Source: Chloroflexota bacterium (GTDB lineage Bacteria; Chloroflexota; UBA11872; VXOZ01). From it: a DNA stretch of 64,000 nucleotides. Positions 10,182 through 19,649 of the stretch are shown here, in pieces; within the stretch, counting starts at the first letter, position 1, and every line of letters begins with the position of its first letter. Where the stretch lies: positions 1,920,082 through 1,984,081 of the forward strand of contig OZ242329.1 in NCBI GenBank assembly GCA_965208315.1, in the 5' to 3' direction. The notes beneath the pieces were generated by a model. That model saw only the letters and a program-made list of their open reading frames with translations, was not told the DNA's origin and searched no databases. Both the position numbers and the translations under genes were made by a program.

Positions 10182-11311
10182 AGATTAGCGATGTCCAGAC
10201 CCATATCGTCAACAACGGCTCGCGCAACTACACATTTGTCACCATTACCGAGGAAAACGGTCTCTACGGCATTGGCGAGTCCGGCTGCTCCGGTAAAGAC
10301 TTGGCGGTCGCGGCCGCCGTGGAGCACTATCGTCCCATGCTCATCGGCCAGGATCCCGCGCGTATCGAGCATATCTGGCAGGACCACTTTCGCGGCAACT
10401 TCTGGCGGGCGGGACCGGTGCTCACGGCCACGATTTCCGCGCTCGATATCGCTCTTTGGGACTTGCTGGGCAAGGCCCTCGAAGTACCCACCTATCAACT
10501 GCTCGGCGGCAGGACCCGCGACAAGGTGCGTTGCTACGCCCACTTCAGCGGAGACAGCCCGGAAGCCTATGCGCAAGCCGCGCAGGCGCGCGTGGATGAA
10601 GGCTTTGAAGTCGTGCGCTTTGGTCTGCCCAACGATCCGGGCGGAATTTTGGAACCGGCGCGAGCCGTGTGTAACGCTGAGGAAGCGTTTCAAGCGGTGC
10701 GCGAGACCGTGGGGCATGAGATCGAAATCGCCCTCGACGTGCACACCCGCCTAAATCCGACATGGGCCATCCAGTTATGCAAACGACTCGAGCCGCTGCG
10801 CCCCTTCTTCATCGAAGACCCCATTCGTTCGGAGAACCCGCAGTCGTTCGCCAACCTGCGCCATCACACGAGCGTGCCCATCGCCACCGGCGAGCAGCTC
10901 ATCACGAAGTGGCAGTTCCGCGAGCTCATCGAGAACGAGTTGATCGACTACATGCGCGCCGACCTGGGCCTGGTTGGCGGCATTACGGAAGGCAAGAAGA
11001 TCTTAGCCATGAGTGAGGTGCACTACATTGACTCGGCCTTGCACAACCCGCTGGGCCCAGTGAATACCGCCGCCAGCGTGCAACTCGACCTGTGCATTCC
11101 CAATTTCGGCATTCAGGAACTCTCGATGATCCCGCCCGCCATGACCGACATCTTTCCCACGCAGTGCCGCGTGGAGGCCGGACACCTCTATCCCGCCGAT
11201 GTGCCCGGCATCGGCATCGAGTTCAACGCCGAGGCGGCAAAGCAATACCCGTATCAGTACTCGGAACACGCCCGCCTGCACCGCGACGACGGGTCGCTGA
11301 CGGATTGGTAG
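10178..11311 (+). CDS. Enolase-superfamily enzyme (mandelate racemase / muconate lactonizing family; D-galactonate/mannonate dehydratase-like)
   Basis: MKISDVQTHIV...FVTITEENGLYGIGES capping domain followed by a TIM-barrel body. Start ATGA overlaps the upstream stop. Confidence 0.8.
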   Translation: MKISDVQTHIVNNGSRNYTFVTITEENGLYGIGESGCSGKDLAVAAAVEHYRPMLIGQDPARIEHIWQDHFRGNFWRAGPVLTATISALDIALWDLLGKALEVPTYQLLGGRTRDKVRCYAHFSGDSPEAYAQAAQARVDEGFEVVRFGLPNDPGGILEPARAVCNAEEAFQAVRETVGHEIEIALDVHTRLNPTWAIQLCKRLEPLRPFFIEDPIRSENPQSFANLRHHTSVPIATGEQLITKWQFRELIENELIDYMRADLGLVGGITEGKKILAMSEVHYIDSALHNPLGPVNTAASVQLDLCIPNFGIQELSMIPPAMTDIFPTQCRVEAGHLYPADVPGIGIEFNAEAAKQYPYQYSEHARLHRDDGSLTDW

Positions 11312-11346
11312 ATTCGCATTCCTCTAGCAGCGTGCTTAAGAACGTC

Positions 11347-11382
11347 GTCATTCCTGCAAGTGTTGAGTAATTCGTTGACAGA
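11347..11382. repeat. Partial extra copy of the MITE family A left terminus (GTCATTCCTGCAAGTGTTGAGTAATTCGTTGACAGA)
   Basis: Direct duplicate of the terminal ~36 nt of the adjacent element at 11417. Confidence 0.75.
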
Positions 11383-11416
11383 ATCTCTTGTCCACTGGGC
11401 AGTGTCGACCGTGCAT

Positions 11417-11664
11417 GTCATTCCTGTAGATGTCAGGTAATTCGTTGACAGATTTGGTGAAAGCAATCGGTGGCTTTCGCATGGCTTTTGACTACATAAC
11501 ATGTCATTCCGAACGGAGCGTAGCGGAGTGTCGCTAAGAGCGCGGAACCTAGTGTTGATCCCATTAGGCTGCGTACAGCATGGCCCTAGATTTCTCGCTG
11601 CGCTCGAAATGACATGAACTGTCCCACTGTCCGATGAAAGGGAGATTCTGTCAACGAATTACCT
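11417..11664. mobile_element. MITE-like non-autonomous element, family A (~248 bp) with ~18-bp terminal inverted repeats (C)AGGTAATTCGTTGACAGA / TCTGTCAACGAATTACCT(G)
   Basis: Left end GTCATTCCTGTAGATGTCAGGTAATTCGTTGACAGA and right end TCTGTCAACGAATTACCTGG are inverted copies. The element has no coding capacity. Homologous copies occur at 23740-24119 and 34061-34270. The internal module GTCATTCCGAACGGAGCG...CGCTCGAAATGAC is also palindromic. Confidence 0.7.
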
Positions 11665-11807
11665 GGCATTTACAATTTCGGCGGAAGCCGGAATCCAAAC
11701 AGGGTGAGATGCCCCCATTTCAAGCTGACATGGCGTCCTTCACCCATCCCCACCCACGCCTGTCTAGAAGTAAGGAACCGAAAGAGGCGCCCTCATTCGG
11801 AACAAGC

Positions 11808-12286
11808 CTACGGCTGAGGACACGACAGCAGCCGCTCGGCTATTCTGACCACGATGTCCCAGTCCTGTTGGTTGGCCTTGAACTTGCCGCTGACCTGCAC
11901 CGTCCAGCCCTGAAACTCTCCGGCGTGGCTTTCAATTTCCATGTCGCCGGTCTGCTTAACAAAAGACTTGACCATCGGATCATTGGCGAAGGCGCTGAGC
12001 AATCGGGTGGCGTGGTCCTCGCCCTGCCACGTCACGTCCACCACCTTGCCAAAGAGGGGAATCGACTTCTTACGCACCGTCTTGATCTTCACGGCCCGCT
12101 GCTCCGAAAACCTCCGCTCGTCCGGGATGCCGAAAACCGCCCACCATTGCGGCGGACTGTACTGCGAGCCGTCTTGTTTCAGGCAATTGATCCACCGGAC
12201 CGGCCCCGTCGGCAAATCGATGATGCCTTGCGAACGATTCCCAAAGCCATCCTGAAACTTCTCCTCAGGCCGTCCGCGCTCAGCCA
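11808..12286 (-). CDS. Hypothetical protein (~159 aa, balanced composition, no recognisable motif)
   Basis: Only non-overlapping ORF with protein-like composition in this interval. The overlapping + strand ORF 11634-12566 is Arg/Pro-rich GC-frame noise. The ORF-track start is a TTG; the first ATG is at 12286. Confidence 0.4.
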
Positions 12287-12385
12287 TGGTGGCGGCAATG
12301 CCCAACTCATTGAGCGCGCGGGCGAGTTCATCGCGCGTCTTGTCTCGGAAGCGTTCCTTAATGTGAACTCTCCTACGTGCCGCCG

Positions 12386-13249
12386 TTACTGGTTGGAAGC
12401 GGAAGTATTGACAACGGGCTGTATTGCATTCTCGCTGGTGAGCACGACAAGCAAATTGCTCACTAAGGCCGCCCGGTTCTCCGCGTCAAATTCGATTACC
12501 TCACGCTCGGCCAACATGCCCAGCGCATTCTCCACCATCCCTACGGCGCCCTCCACAATCTTCTGACGGGCGGCGATCACGGCATCGGCCTGCTGTCTAC
12601 GCAACATAGCCGCGGCGATCTCCGGCGCGTACGCCAGGTGGCTGACCCGCGCCTCCCGCACATCCACGCCGGCCTGCGCCAGCCGCTCTTGAATCTCGGA
12701 CTTGAGCTGTTCGGAGACCTCCGCGGTATGGGTGGTCAGGCTGATCTCGTCTTCCCCATGGGCGTCGTAAGCGTATCCGGTGGCGAGATTACGCACTGCA
12801 GCTTCGCTCTGCACGTGGACGTAGTTCTCATAGTCATCCACTTGAAAAGTGGCCTCAGCAGTATCGACCACCTGCCACACGACCACGGCCGCGATCTCAA
12901 TCGGATTGCCCCGCTGGTCGTTGACCTTGACCCGGCCGGTCTCGAAGTTCCGCACACGCAACGAGATGCGCGCCTTGCTATAGAACGGATTGGTGTAGCG
13001 CAAGCCGGGTTGGCGGGCCGTGCCGCGATAGGCGCCAAAGAGCTGCAGGACCTTGCCCTCGTTGGGCGCGACTTTGAAGAACCCAAATACGCCTACCATG
13101 AGCGCCACGAAAATGATGATTGGCAAGAATATCAGCCAAGGCACCACCGCTATCAAGACAATGAAGATCAGAATATTCACCAAGAGCAGGAAAATCCACA
13201 GAACAAGTAATCCCACTCCGGGAAAGCCGTCACGACGATATTCTTGCAT
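12386..13249 (-). CDS. SPFH / band-7 (stomatin-prohibitin-like) membrane protein
   Basis: Highly hydrophobic N-terminus (LLVLWIFLLLVNILIFIVLIAVVPWLIFLPIIIFVALMVGVF) followed by a typical SPFH core and a coiled-coil tail. Confidence 0.8.
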   Translation of the reverse strand: MQEYRRDGFPGVGLLVLWIFLLLVNILIFIVLIAVVPWLIFLPIIIFVALMVGVFGFFKVAPNEGKVLQLFGAYRGTARQPGLRYTNPFYSKARISLRVRNFETGRVKVNDQRGNPIEIAAVVVWQVVDTAEATFQVDDYENYVHVQSEAAVRNLATGYAYDAHGEDEISLTTHTAEVSEQLKSEIQERLAQAGVDVREARVSHLAYAPEIAAAMLRRQQADAVIAARQKIVEGAVGMVENALGMLAEREVIEFDAENRAALVSNLLVVLTSENAIQPVVNTSASNQ

Positions 13250-13388
13250 CGTTCAATCACCCTTTCGACACTGCGAATGTAGCCCGCACTCTCAGGCTAG
13301 CACAGTTGACGCAGCCGCCAACCACAGTACGCTTGCGGCCGCGGTCACTCGGTTCAGTGGCGAAAGAGTGAGGCGGGGCAACGAAAGA

Positions 13389-14408
13389 CTAAGCGCCACT
13401 CACCGTAATCACGGCGCCGGGAAATACCCGGCACGTGAAGCGGATACGGCGCTCTCCGGCCGCAACGACGTTCGCCGTACCCTCCGGCCCAAGCACCTCA
13501 AGGGACCCTGCATCATCGGCAAGAGTGACAACAAAAGTGAGATCGCCTTCCTTGATCTGCGGAGGTAGCTGCGGGAAGTCTACCTTTACAGTGGCGCGGG
13601 TACCAGACTCCTGCTCGATAACGGGCGTGCAGTGTCGCCGCAGGTAGCGGTAGCGCACCACGTCGTCCGGATTAGCCGCCCACATGCTGTCGCCAAAATG
13701 TGTGCGCATCTGGTCGAACCGACCTTCCAGCGCGTAGGGCGAGATGCACTTGTGTCCTTGCGGCGTCTTGTACATCACCAAGTGCGTGACGTCTACGAGC
13801 CATTTGCCCGCCACGCGCGCAGGCTTGAAGCCCTGGCGCGAGAGCCACGGCGGCAGAAAGTCAATCTCGTCGTCCTCGGAGAGGCGGTTGCGCCAGATGC
13901 TGAGGGGATCGAAGTCCGGCGCATTGATGTGTTCGGCATCGTTCGAGGCGTGGGTAAGACCGAGATAGCCCGGTGTGCGCTCCACCCATGCTCGCACCGT
14001 GTCGTAGACCTCAAAGCTATTCCATGAGGAGAAGATCGGCACCGGCTGACCGAGGGCATTCTCAAGGGTGTGGTACGACTCTACGATCTCCTGCTGAAAG
14101 TCAATGTGACTGGGATCGCGCAAGGGTGGATGTGAATAGCTGTGATTGCTGACGCTCCAGCCCTGGGAGAGGAGAAACTTCAAGTGCTCCGGCCCCATGT
14201 GGAAGTAGTCGTTGAGCGAACTGCGTTCGACGTGGCGCTTCTCGCCGAGTTGTCCGGCTACAACCGCGACGTCGCCCAGGATACCGTACTGCTGACTGAG
14301 GGGAAAGGCATTCGCCAGGCAATCTATGGTGCCTTCGTCAAAGACCACCGAGTAGACGAACGAGGCGTCGTCTTTCCACGGGGCTACCTCTACGGATGTG
14401 ATACGCAT
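13389..14408 (-). CDS. Polysaccharide deacetylase-like (NodB homology) protein
   Basis: Contains the NodB motif-2-like HSYSHP and a DEG/TFDDG-like motif-1 (VVFDEGTID). Assignment is by motif only. Confidence 0.5.
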   Translation of the reverse strand: MRITSVEVAPWKDDASFVYSVVFDEGTIDCLANAFPLSQQYGILGDVAVVAGQLGEKRHVERSSLNDYFHMGPEHLKFLLSQGWSVSNHSYSHPPLRDPSHIDFQQEIVESYHTLENALGQPVPIFSSWNSFEVYDTVRAWVERTPGYLGLTHASNDAEHINAPDFDPLSIWRNRLSEDDEIDFLPPWLSRQGFKPARVAGKWLVDVTHLVMYKTPQGHKCISPYALEGRFDQMRTHFGDSMWAANPDDVVRYRYLRRHCTPVIEQESGTRATVKVDFPQLPPQIKEGDLTFVVTLADDAGSLEVLGPEGTANVVAAGERRIRFTCRVFPGAVITVSGA

Positions 14409-14521
14409 AAACTTCCATTCACCCCATGAACTACGAGTCACCTATCAGCAAGCCGCAAGTGGGAGCCCTACAGAGCTTCTCTGCATATTCCATGCGATAG
14501 GCAAGTCTAGATGGGATCACT

Positions 14522-14548
14522 CCGGTAGTGCAGGTTTGCAACCTGCAC
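14522..14548. repeat. Hairpin repeat family E copy
   Basis: CCGGTAGTGCAGGTTTGCAACCTGCACC; see 1603 and 44576. Confidence 0.8.
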
Positions 14549-14688
14549 CCACTGCCACAATACCGACCTCATACTTGAAACGGGATAGGGATCCCATCGG
14601 CCCACACCCCCGGACTCCGGCTTTCGCCGGAGTGACGGACAGCAACCAACTCGCTTTGAAACTTTAATCTGCTTTACTTCTCACAGAC

Positions 14689-16029
14689 TTAGAATATCCG
14701 CGCCGAGTCGTAGACGCCCGCCATGCCGAGGTCCAGCGGGTTTACCTGCACCCAAACTTCATCAGTCTGTGCATCACCGTCCAACTCTAAGGACACGTGT
14801 ACCCGCTCAAGTCCCGTCGCTGCCGCAATGCAATGTCCGATCTGCCGCCGGATAAGGATGTTCGCTTCCTCACGCGTGCCGCCGGAATCGGGGGCAGTTT
14901 TCGGATCGCCATTGAAGGCAACCGTTAGCATGCGGGAAACATCGTAGACGCCGGTGTTCTCTACAACAATCTCCGCCACTAGCTGTCCGTTTTCGTGCCG
15001 CACCTGCGAAGCTTCCCGATCGATGTGTAGGCCGGGCGAAAGCTCCTCCGGCTTTAGCGAAACCGCCCGGTAGGCGTCGAAAATGCCGTGGCCGAGCAAC
15101 GGATCCCAGCCGGTTCCCTGGGACGTATTGCGCAGAATCTGACGGATTTCGCGATTTGAGAGGTGTGGGTACTGGGAGAACGCCAGCGCCGCGACGCCGC
15201 CGCCAAAGGCCGACGCCATGCAACCGCCTTGAAAAGGAATATAGTCGTGGTCGCCACCGGTGCCCCAAATCGAATCGACAGGGTCATCCGTATGGCGTTC
15301 GCCGCCGGGGGTAGCCGCCTCCGCGTAGTCGGCCGACGCCGCGATGTTCGCCGCCCGGCCATGCCGGTTCGTCGAGCCGACGGCGAAGACACTATCCAGG
15401 CCGGCGTTCACGGTGGCCACCCGCCGCCCGCGATTGTCCGCCGTCCCTTTGAACACTAGGCAACCGGACTGATACGCGTAGTCAAGCGCCTCGATCAAGC
15501 CGATGTTGTCGTAGGGATAGTTGAAGTCCGTACCCTTGTAGAACAACGGCACACCGTCGGTGTGGTCCAGAGTAATGTACCCGTGGGGCAGGACCAGCAC
15601 CTTGGCCCCGTGGTCGACCGCGTAGCGCACAGCCCGCGGCCAACTCTTCTGGTGGTGGGGCTCATAGCCGACGCGCAGGACCATAATTGGGCACTTGGGC
15701 GCCGTGACAGCGACTTCCCCCACCACAAAGGCATGGTGTCCGCGCTGGTACATGGTGTCCGAGCGCGCGCCTTCGTACTCGAGCGTGGCGTCTTCTTCCG
15801 CGAAGTCCCACCCATGCACGTCGCCCCGTGTGGGGCGTGGATTGACCCACAAATGCCCTTCATGATCGGGATGGTAGCGATAGCCCAGGTCGATTACGGC
15901 AACAATGACGTCAGGACTGCCCTGCGTGATGGCATGGGCCTCTTGTACCCGCATCTGATCGAGCGCCCAATCATAGGGCTCGCGCACGCCCTCCGGCAGC
16001 ACGCCGGTTTGCTTCTCGGCAATGGCCAT
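14689..16029 (-). CDS. S8 (subtilisin-like) peptidase-family protein; predicted catalytic Ser position occupied by Cys
   Basis: Asp motif VAVIDLGY and His motif RGHHAFVVG are present. The third motif GGCMASAFGGGVAALAF aligns to GTSMAAPHVAGVAAL with Cys in place of the nucleophilic Ser. Alignment is by eye only. Confidence 0.55.
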   Translation of the reverse strand: MAIAEKQTGVLPEGVREPYDWALDQMRVQEAHAITQGSPDVIVAVIDLGYRYHPDHEGHLWVNPRPTRGDVHGWDFAEEDATLEYEGARSDTMYQRGHHAFVVGEVAVTAPKCPIMVLRVGYEPHHQKSWPRAVRYAVDHGAKVLVLPHGYITLDHTDGVPLFYKGTDFNYPYDNIGLIEALDYAYQSGCLVFKGTADNRGRRVATVNAGLDSVFAVGSTNRHGRAANIAASADYAEAATPGGERHTDDPVDSIWGTGGDHDYIPFQGGCMASAFGGGVAALAFSQYPHLSNREIRQILRNTSQGTGWDPLLGHGIFDAYRAVSLKPEELSPGLHIDREASQVRHENGQLVAEIVVENTGVYDVSRMLTVAFNGDPKTAPDSGGTREEANILIRRQIGHCIAAATGLERVHVSLELDGDAQTDEVWVQVNPLDLGMAGVYDSARIF

Positions 16030-16107
16030 TGGATACTCCTTTTGTGCTTTGCCACACAGTTGCCATTTTGGTGAAATCCGTCGCGTACCGTGTGGTTAAG
16101 GTTGACC

Positions 16108-16131
16108 GTCATTCCCGCGAAAGCGGGAATC
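16108..16131. repeat. Hairpin repeat family D (GTCATTCCCGCGAAAGCGGGAATC)
   Basis: Perfect 9-bp stem with a GAAA tetraloop. Other copies are at 19566, 23799, 41139 (inside a CDS) and 57727. Confidence 0.85.
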
Positions 16132-16142
16132 TATCCGCTTGG

Positions 16143-17252
16143 TTACACAATAGCCACTTCCTGAGGAACTGTCCCCAAGCGCTCAAATCCATCACTTCTC
16201 AGCACGTACATGTCCTCCTCAAGCCAGGACGACTCCAGCGAGACTACATTGCCTTCCGCAAATGTGATTTCCGGCCGAACGTCGACAGCCGCAGGCAACA
16301 AACTTCCGATCAGCGGTTCCTCATGTTTGTCCATGCCGACGCCGTGGATCCACCACGCGTACTCAGCGGTATCCTTGAACTCACGCTGGCACGCTTCAAA
16401 CACTTCCCGCTTCGTCTTACCCGGACGTACGTATTCTTCCATAAAGAGCTGCCGCTCCCGGTGTTCCTGCCACACGGCCAAGCTCTCTTTGCGTGGCGTG
16501 CCCACGCTGAAATTGAACTTCTGATCGGAAAAATATCCGGCGGATATGGCGGCCAGATCGACGCGGTACACGAGGCCAGCTTCCACTATGCCCGGTCCGC
16601 GAATGACCGCCGCATTGGGCTGGTCGCGCAGGCTGGTGCCGCCGTGGGGCAGCATCCACGACACCGGCGACGTGTTGATCGGCAAGGCGCCATTGTCCAG
16701 GACCGCTCTTGCCCACACCGTCACGAGGTCTTGGAACGAGATGCCTACCCGTACTTCCTTGAGCATCTCTCGGTAGCCGGCTTCAGAAGCCGCAATCGCT
16801 TTGCGGAGCCATTGGATCTCCTGAGGTGTCTTGGACGCCCGCGCTTTTGCGAGCAAAAGGTCAGCGGAAACAAATGTCGCCTCCGGTAAAAGTTCTTGCA
16901 GCCGCTCCAGGTCGCTCGCCGACGCAAAGTCCATGTCCAAGCCAATACGCGCCCCTGCCAAGCCTCGTTGGCGCATCTGGTTTGCAAGTTCTATTAGGCG
17001 TGCCGCCCGTGTGTGATCGGGAGCGAAACCCTCAACCGGCATGTCAGCTTCTTTGGGAAGACCACCGAATGCAAACGATCGATCTGGGGGAATGAGGCAC
17101 GTCATCCACGGCGCGAGTCCCTGCGGTTCGTTGAGCCACGGCCCCTCACTGATGGTCCCAGCTAGGTAGGCGCAGTTGCGCATGCCGAGGGTGACCAGGG
17201 CGTCGAGCCGCTGCTCGGCCATGGATTGCGTTATGCGTGCAAAGTCAGCCAT
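16143..17252 (-). CDS. M24-family metallopeptidase (Xaa-Pro aminopeptidase / creatinase-like)
   Basis: N-terminal creatinase/prolidase-type domain and a C-terminal pita-bread domain (KTPQEIQWLRKAIAASEAGYREM). Confidence 0.8.
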   Translation of the reverse strand: MADFARITQSMAEQRLDALVTLGMRNCAYLAGTISEGPWLNEPQGLAPWMTCLIPPDRSFAFGGLPKEADMPVEGFAPDHTRAARLIELANQMRQRGLAGARIGLDMDFASASDLERLQELLPEATFVSADLLLAKARASKTPQEIQWLRKAIAASEAGYREMLKEVRVGISFQDLVTVWARAVLDNGALPINTSPVSWMLPHGGTSLRDQPNAAVIRGPGIVEAGLVYRVDLAAISAGYFSDQKFNFSVGTPRKESLAVWQEHRERQLFMEEYVRPGKTKREVFEACQREFKDTAEYAWWIHGVGMDKHEEPLIGSLLPAAVDVRPEITFAEGNVVSLESSWLEEDMYVLRSDGFERLGTVPQEVAIV

Positions 17253-17310
17253 ATGCTAGTTGTCCAGAACGAATCTCATGATTATCCATTGGCCAAGAGT
17301 TCACCCTTCG

Positions 17311-17533
17311 ACAGGCTCAGGGCGAACGGTATTGCACATCTCTGCTTCAACATGATTGCCACTCTCACAAAGGCTCTTGATTCTCGTTCGTCCTGAGACT
17401 ATCGACTTTCGCTCAAGTTGAGACTACCCACTACCATTTGGTGCCAATTCCGGTTAATCCCTAAAGGCTGCAACTGCCCATTTCCGTTCGTGCCGAGCCT
17501 GCCTGCTCCCGTTCGTGCTGAGCCTGTCGAAGC
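17311..17533. repeat. Repeat family B composite (~220 bp bounded by inverted copies of CCGTTCGYSCTGAGCCTGTCGAAG)
   Basis: The reverse-complement copy is at 17311-17337. Direct tandem copies at 17484-17533 read ccgttcgtgccgagcctgcctgctcccgttcgtgctgagcctgtcgaagc. The arrangement resembles a MITE with terminal inverted repeats. Confidence 0.65.
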
Positions 17534-17557
17534 ATGGACGGAAACCTGGAGACGACC

Positions 17558-19369
17558 TTACTTTGTCGGCTCCAGCCAGATTGGACTCGTCCACGCGCGG
17601 TTGCCGTCCACTTGCCGCACGCGCAGGTAGCAGTAGTTGGCGCCTACCGGAGAGAACCGCACCGGCACGTCGGCTTCCAGTAGTGCGTGTTGTTCGTTCG
17701 GTGTATAACTCTTGGCCGTGTCGCCATTGACCACGAGATCAATTTGCTCAATCTCCGCCGTGCCCACCACGTCAGCGGTAAAGGCAAAGCGCTCGGCCTG
17801 CACCGTCGCACCCACCCACGCACTGTTCACGCGGAAGTCCACGATGATGCGCACGCCGGTGGTGGCGTAGCAGCGCCGGTTGAAGAAGGCATCAAAGATC
17901 GCGGGGCGGTCCAGCCGCTCCGCCCAGACGGCGGTCAGCCCAGCGGGACCGGACGGTCCCGGCTCCTTGTAAGGGTTAGCGGGCCGGTTATCGTGCGTGT
18001 CGCTGCCGCTCACGATGCCGAGTTTCGCGCCCCGCATCAGGAACTGATTGATCTTCTCTTCTTCGATAATCCCGTCGGTCTGTTGCTTTTGGTAGATCTC
18101 AGCCAGGTGCTCTTGCACGTAGAAGTGGGTGTGGTGGTGTCCGTGAATCAGCGCGCCGCGGCGCTTCATCTCGCGATAAAACTCCTGGTAGTCGTTGCAG
18201 TAAACGGTGTCGGGATGGTACCGTGCGTGGAGCTTGGGATCGTTGGCGCCGGGCCTATCCTCGCAAAAGACCGGTGGCTGGCCTTCCGGCGCTGGAAAAA
18301 ACCCGTGTCGGTGGCTGCCGTCGGGGCCGGTGGCAAACTCCGCCGACGGCAAGGCGACAAACTCGCCCGGCAGGTCGTATTGCGCCCACGCTTCCTGCAA
18401 CTCTTGCCAGATTTCGCTGATGCAGATGCTGTACGAAAAGAGCTGCCCGCCGGCAAAGTCGAGGGCGTTCACGTCCTTGCCCCAGGCAAAGTGCTCGACG
18501 ATGGGACGCTGGTTGAAGAGCATGCCGTGGGGATCGCCCCAATAGAGCGTGTACGGTGACGAATCCGCCTCGACTCGCACCGGATTGCTCGTGCTCTCAA
18601 TCTCCCCAAATGAAACCCTCACACAATCAGCGGGACCCTCTACCGGCACCGTTCCTGCCGCGCTGAACGAGTTGAGAGCGGCCGTAGTCTCTCCACTTTT
18701 CGTCCGCAGCGTCACTTCGCCCTCGGCATCGTGAATTGGATTGCCGAATCTATCGGTCACAACTACCCGCGTTGTCGCTGATCCGGTTGAGTGGGATGGC
18801 GTCGTAACTTGCAACGCGGCGGGCTCGGCGGCAGCGATCATGAGCGAGTTGCTCTCTAACACAGAAAGCTCCACCTCGCGCGGCAGGAAGTAGTGGTACT
18901 TGTCGCGTTCAGGATGGTAGAGCGTTAACTCTCCTGTGGGGTCTTCCACCAGCCAAAATCGGAAGGAGTCGATGGCGTTCACCGGCAGCACAAAGCCGTC
19001 GGGGGCGGTACGAATCTGAATGGAAATGTGATCTTCTCCTGCCAATGCGCCGCCAACGCACTTCACGTGCATGGCGTGCAGGAATTCCGGCGCGGGAGGA
19101 TGAATGTCGAACGTGCGCACCTGGCGGCCTTGCATCAACCCCTCAGCCTGCCAGGCAGTGCCCTCCGGGCCGCTCACGGTAATGCCGTCTGGCCCATACG
19201 TGTGCTTGCGGTCGCCAAACTGCCGGATGTCGTAGAAGATCCAGAGATTCCCACCGGCCTGCATCCCCTCAGCCGGCGGCGAATACTGGAATTCCAGCGG
19301 CACCGTCCTACCAACCTGCAAGGGCCCCTTCGCGTTCACTTGAAAACGTCCGTTGGCAATTGCAGACAT
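17558..19369 (-). CDS. DUF3604-family protein (paralog A; PHP-like metal-binding motifs partly eroded)
   Basis: Collinear with the adjacent paralog. Shares LYWGD, GxVSGSDTHD and the C-terminal AWTSPIWLE signature. Carries GDPHGM instead of GDLHCH, and lacks the TDHD block. Confidence 0.65.
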   Translation of the reverse strand: MSAIANGRFQVNAKGPLQVGRTVPLEFQYSPPAEGMQAGGNLWIFYDIRQFGDRKHTYGPDGITVSGPEGTAWQAEGLMQGRQVRTFDIHPPAPEFLHAMHVKCVGGALAGEDHISIQIRTAPDGFVLPVNAIDSFRFWLVEDPTGELTLYHPERDKYHYFLPREVELSVLESNSLMIAAAEPAALQVTTPSHSTGSATTRVVVTDRFGNPIHDAEGEVTLRTKSGETTAALNSFSAAGTVPVEGPADCVRVSFGEIESTSNPVRVEADSSPYTLYWGDPHGMLFNQRPIVEHFAWGKDVNALDFAGGQLFSYSICISEIWQELQEAWAQYDLPGEFVALPSAEFATGPDGSHRHGFFPAPEGQPPVFCEDRPGANDPKLHARYHPDTVYCNDYQEFYREMKRRGALIHGHHHTHFYVQEHLAEIYQKQQTDGIIEEEKINQFLMRGAKLGIVSGSDTHDNRPANPYKEPGPSGPAGLTAVWAERLDRPAIFDAFFNRRCYATTGVRIIVDFRVNSAWVGATVQAERFAFTADVVGTAEIEQIDLVVNGDTAKSYTPNEQHALLEADVPVRFSPVGANYCYLRVRQVDGNRAWTSPIWLEPTK

Positions 19370-19565
19370 AGCAAGGTGTCACCTTTCGTCCTACCACTTG
19401 AACTGCCGCAATCTTGGCATCACACTCCTGCGGTATCGTATCACAGCATGCGGCAGAGCATTCTTGCCTATTGAGAGACGTAAGGGCGGTTCGCGAACCG
19501 CCCCTACAGTACTTTTCGCACCCACACCTGCCAATATTCTAGTAAGGCATGAAACCAAAAAGATG

Positions 19566-19589
19566 GATTCCCGTTTTCACGGGAATGAC
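19566..19589. repeat. Hairpin repeat family D variant (GATTCCCGTTTTCACGGGAATGAC)
   Basis: Same GGAATC/GATTCC clamp as family D but with a different loop. Lies between the two DUF3604 genes. Confidence 0.75.
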
Positions 19590-19649
19590 GGAAATCCGGC
19601 CGACCTGCCGGGCAGGTGCGGGGAAGTGAACCAGTGCTAGGCACGTTCC

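Noticed and set aside
11634-12566. 310-aa + strand ORF spanning the MITE and the hypothetical and SPFH genes.
   Set aside because: It starts inside a repeat element, is R/P/L-rich and overlaps two better-supported minus-strand genes.
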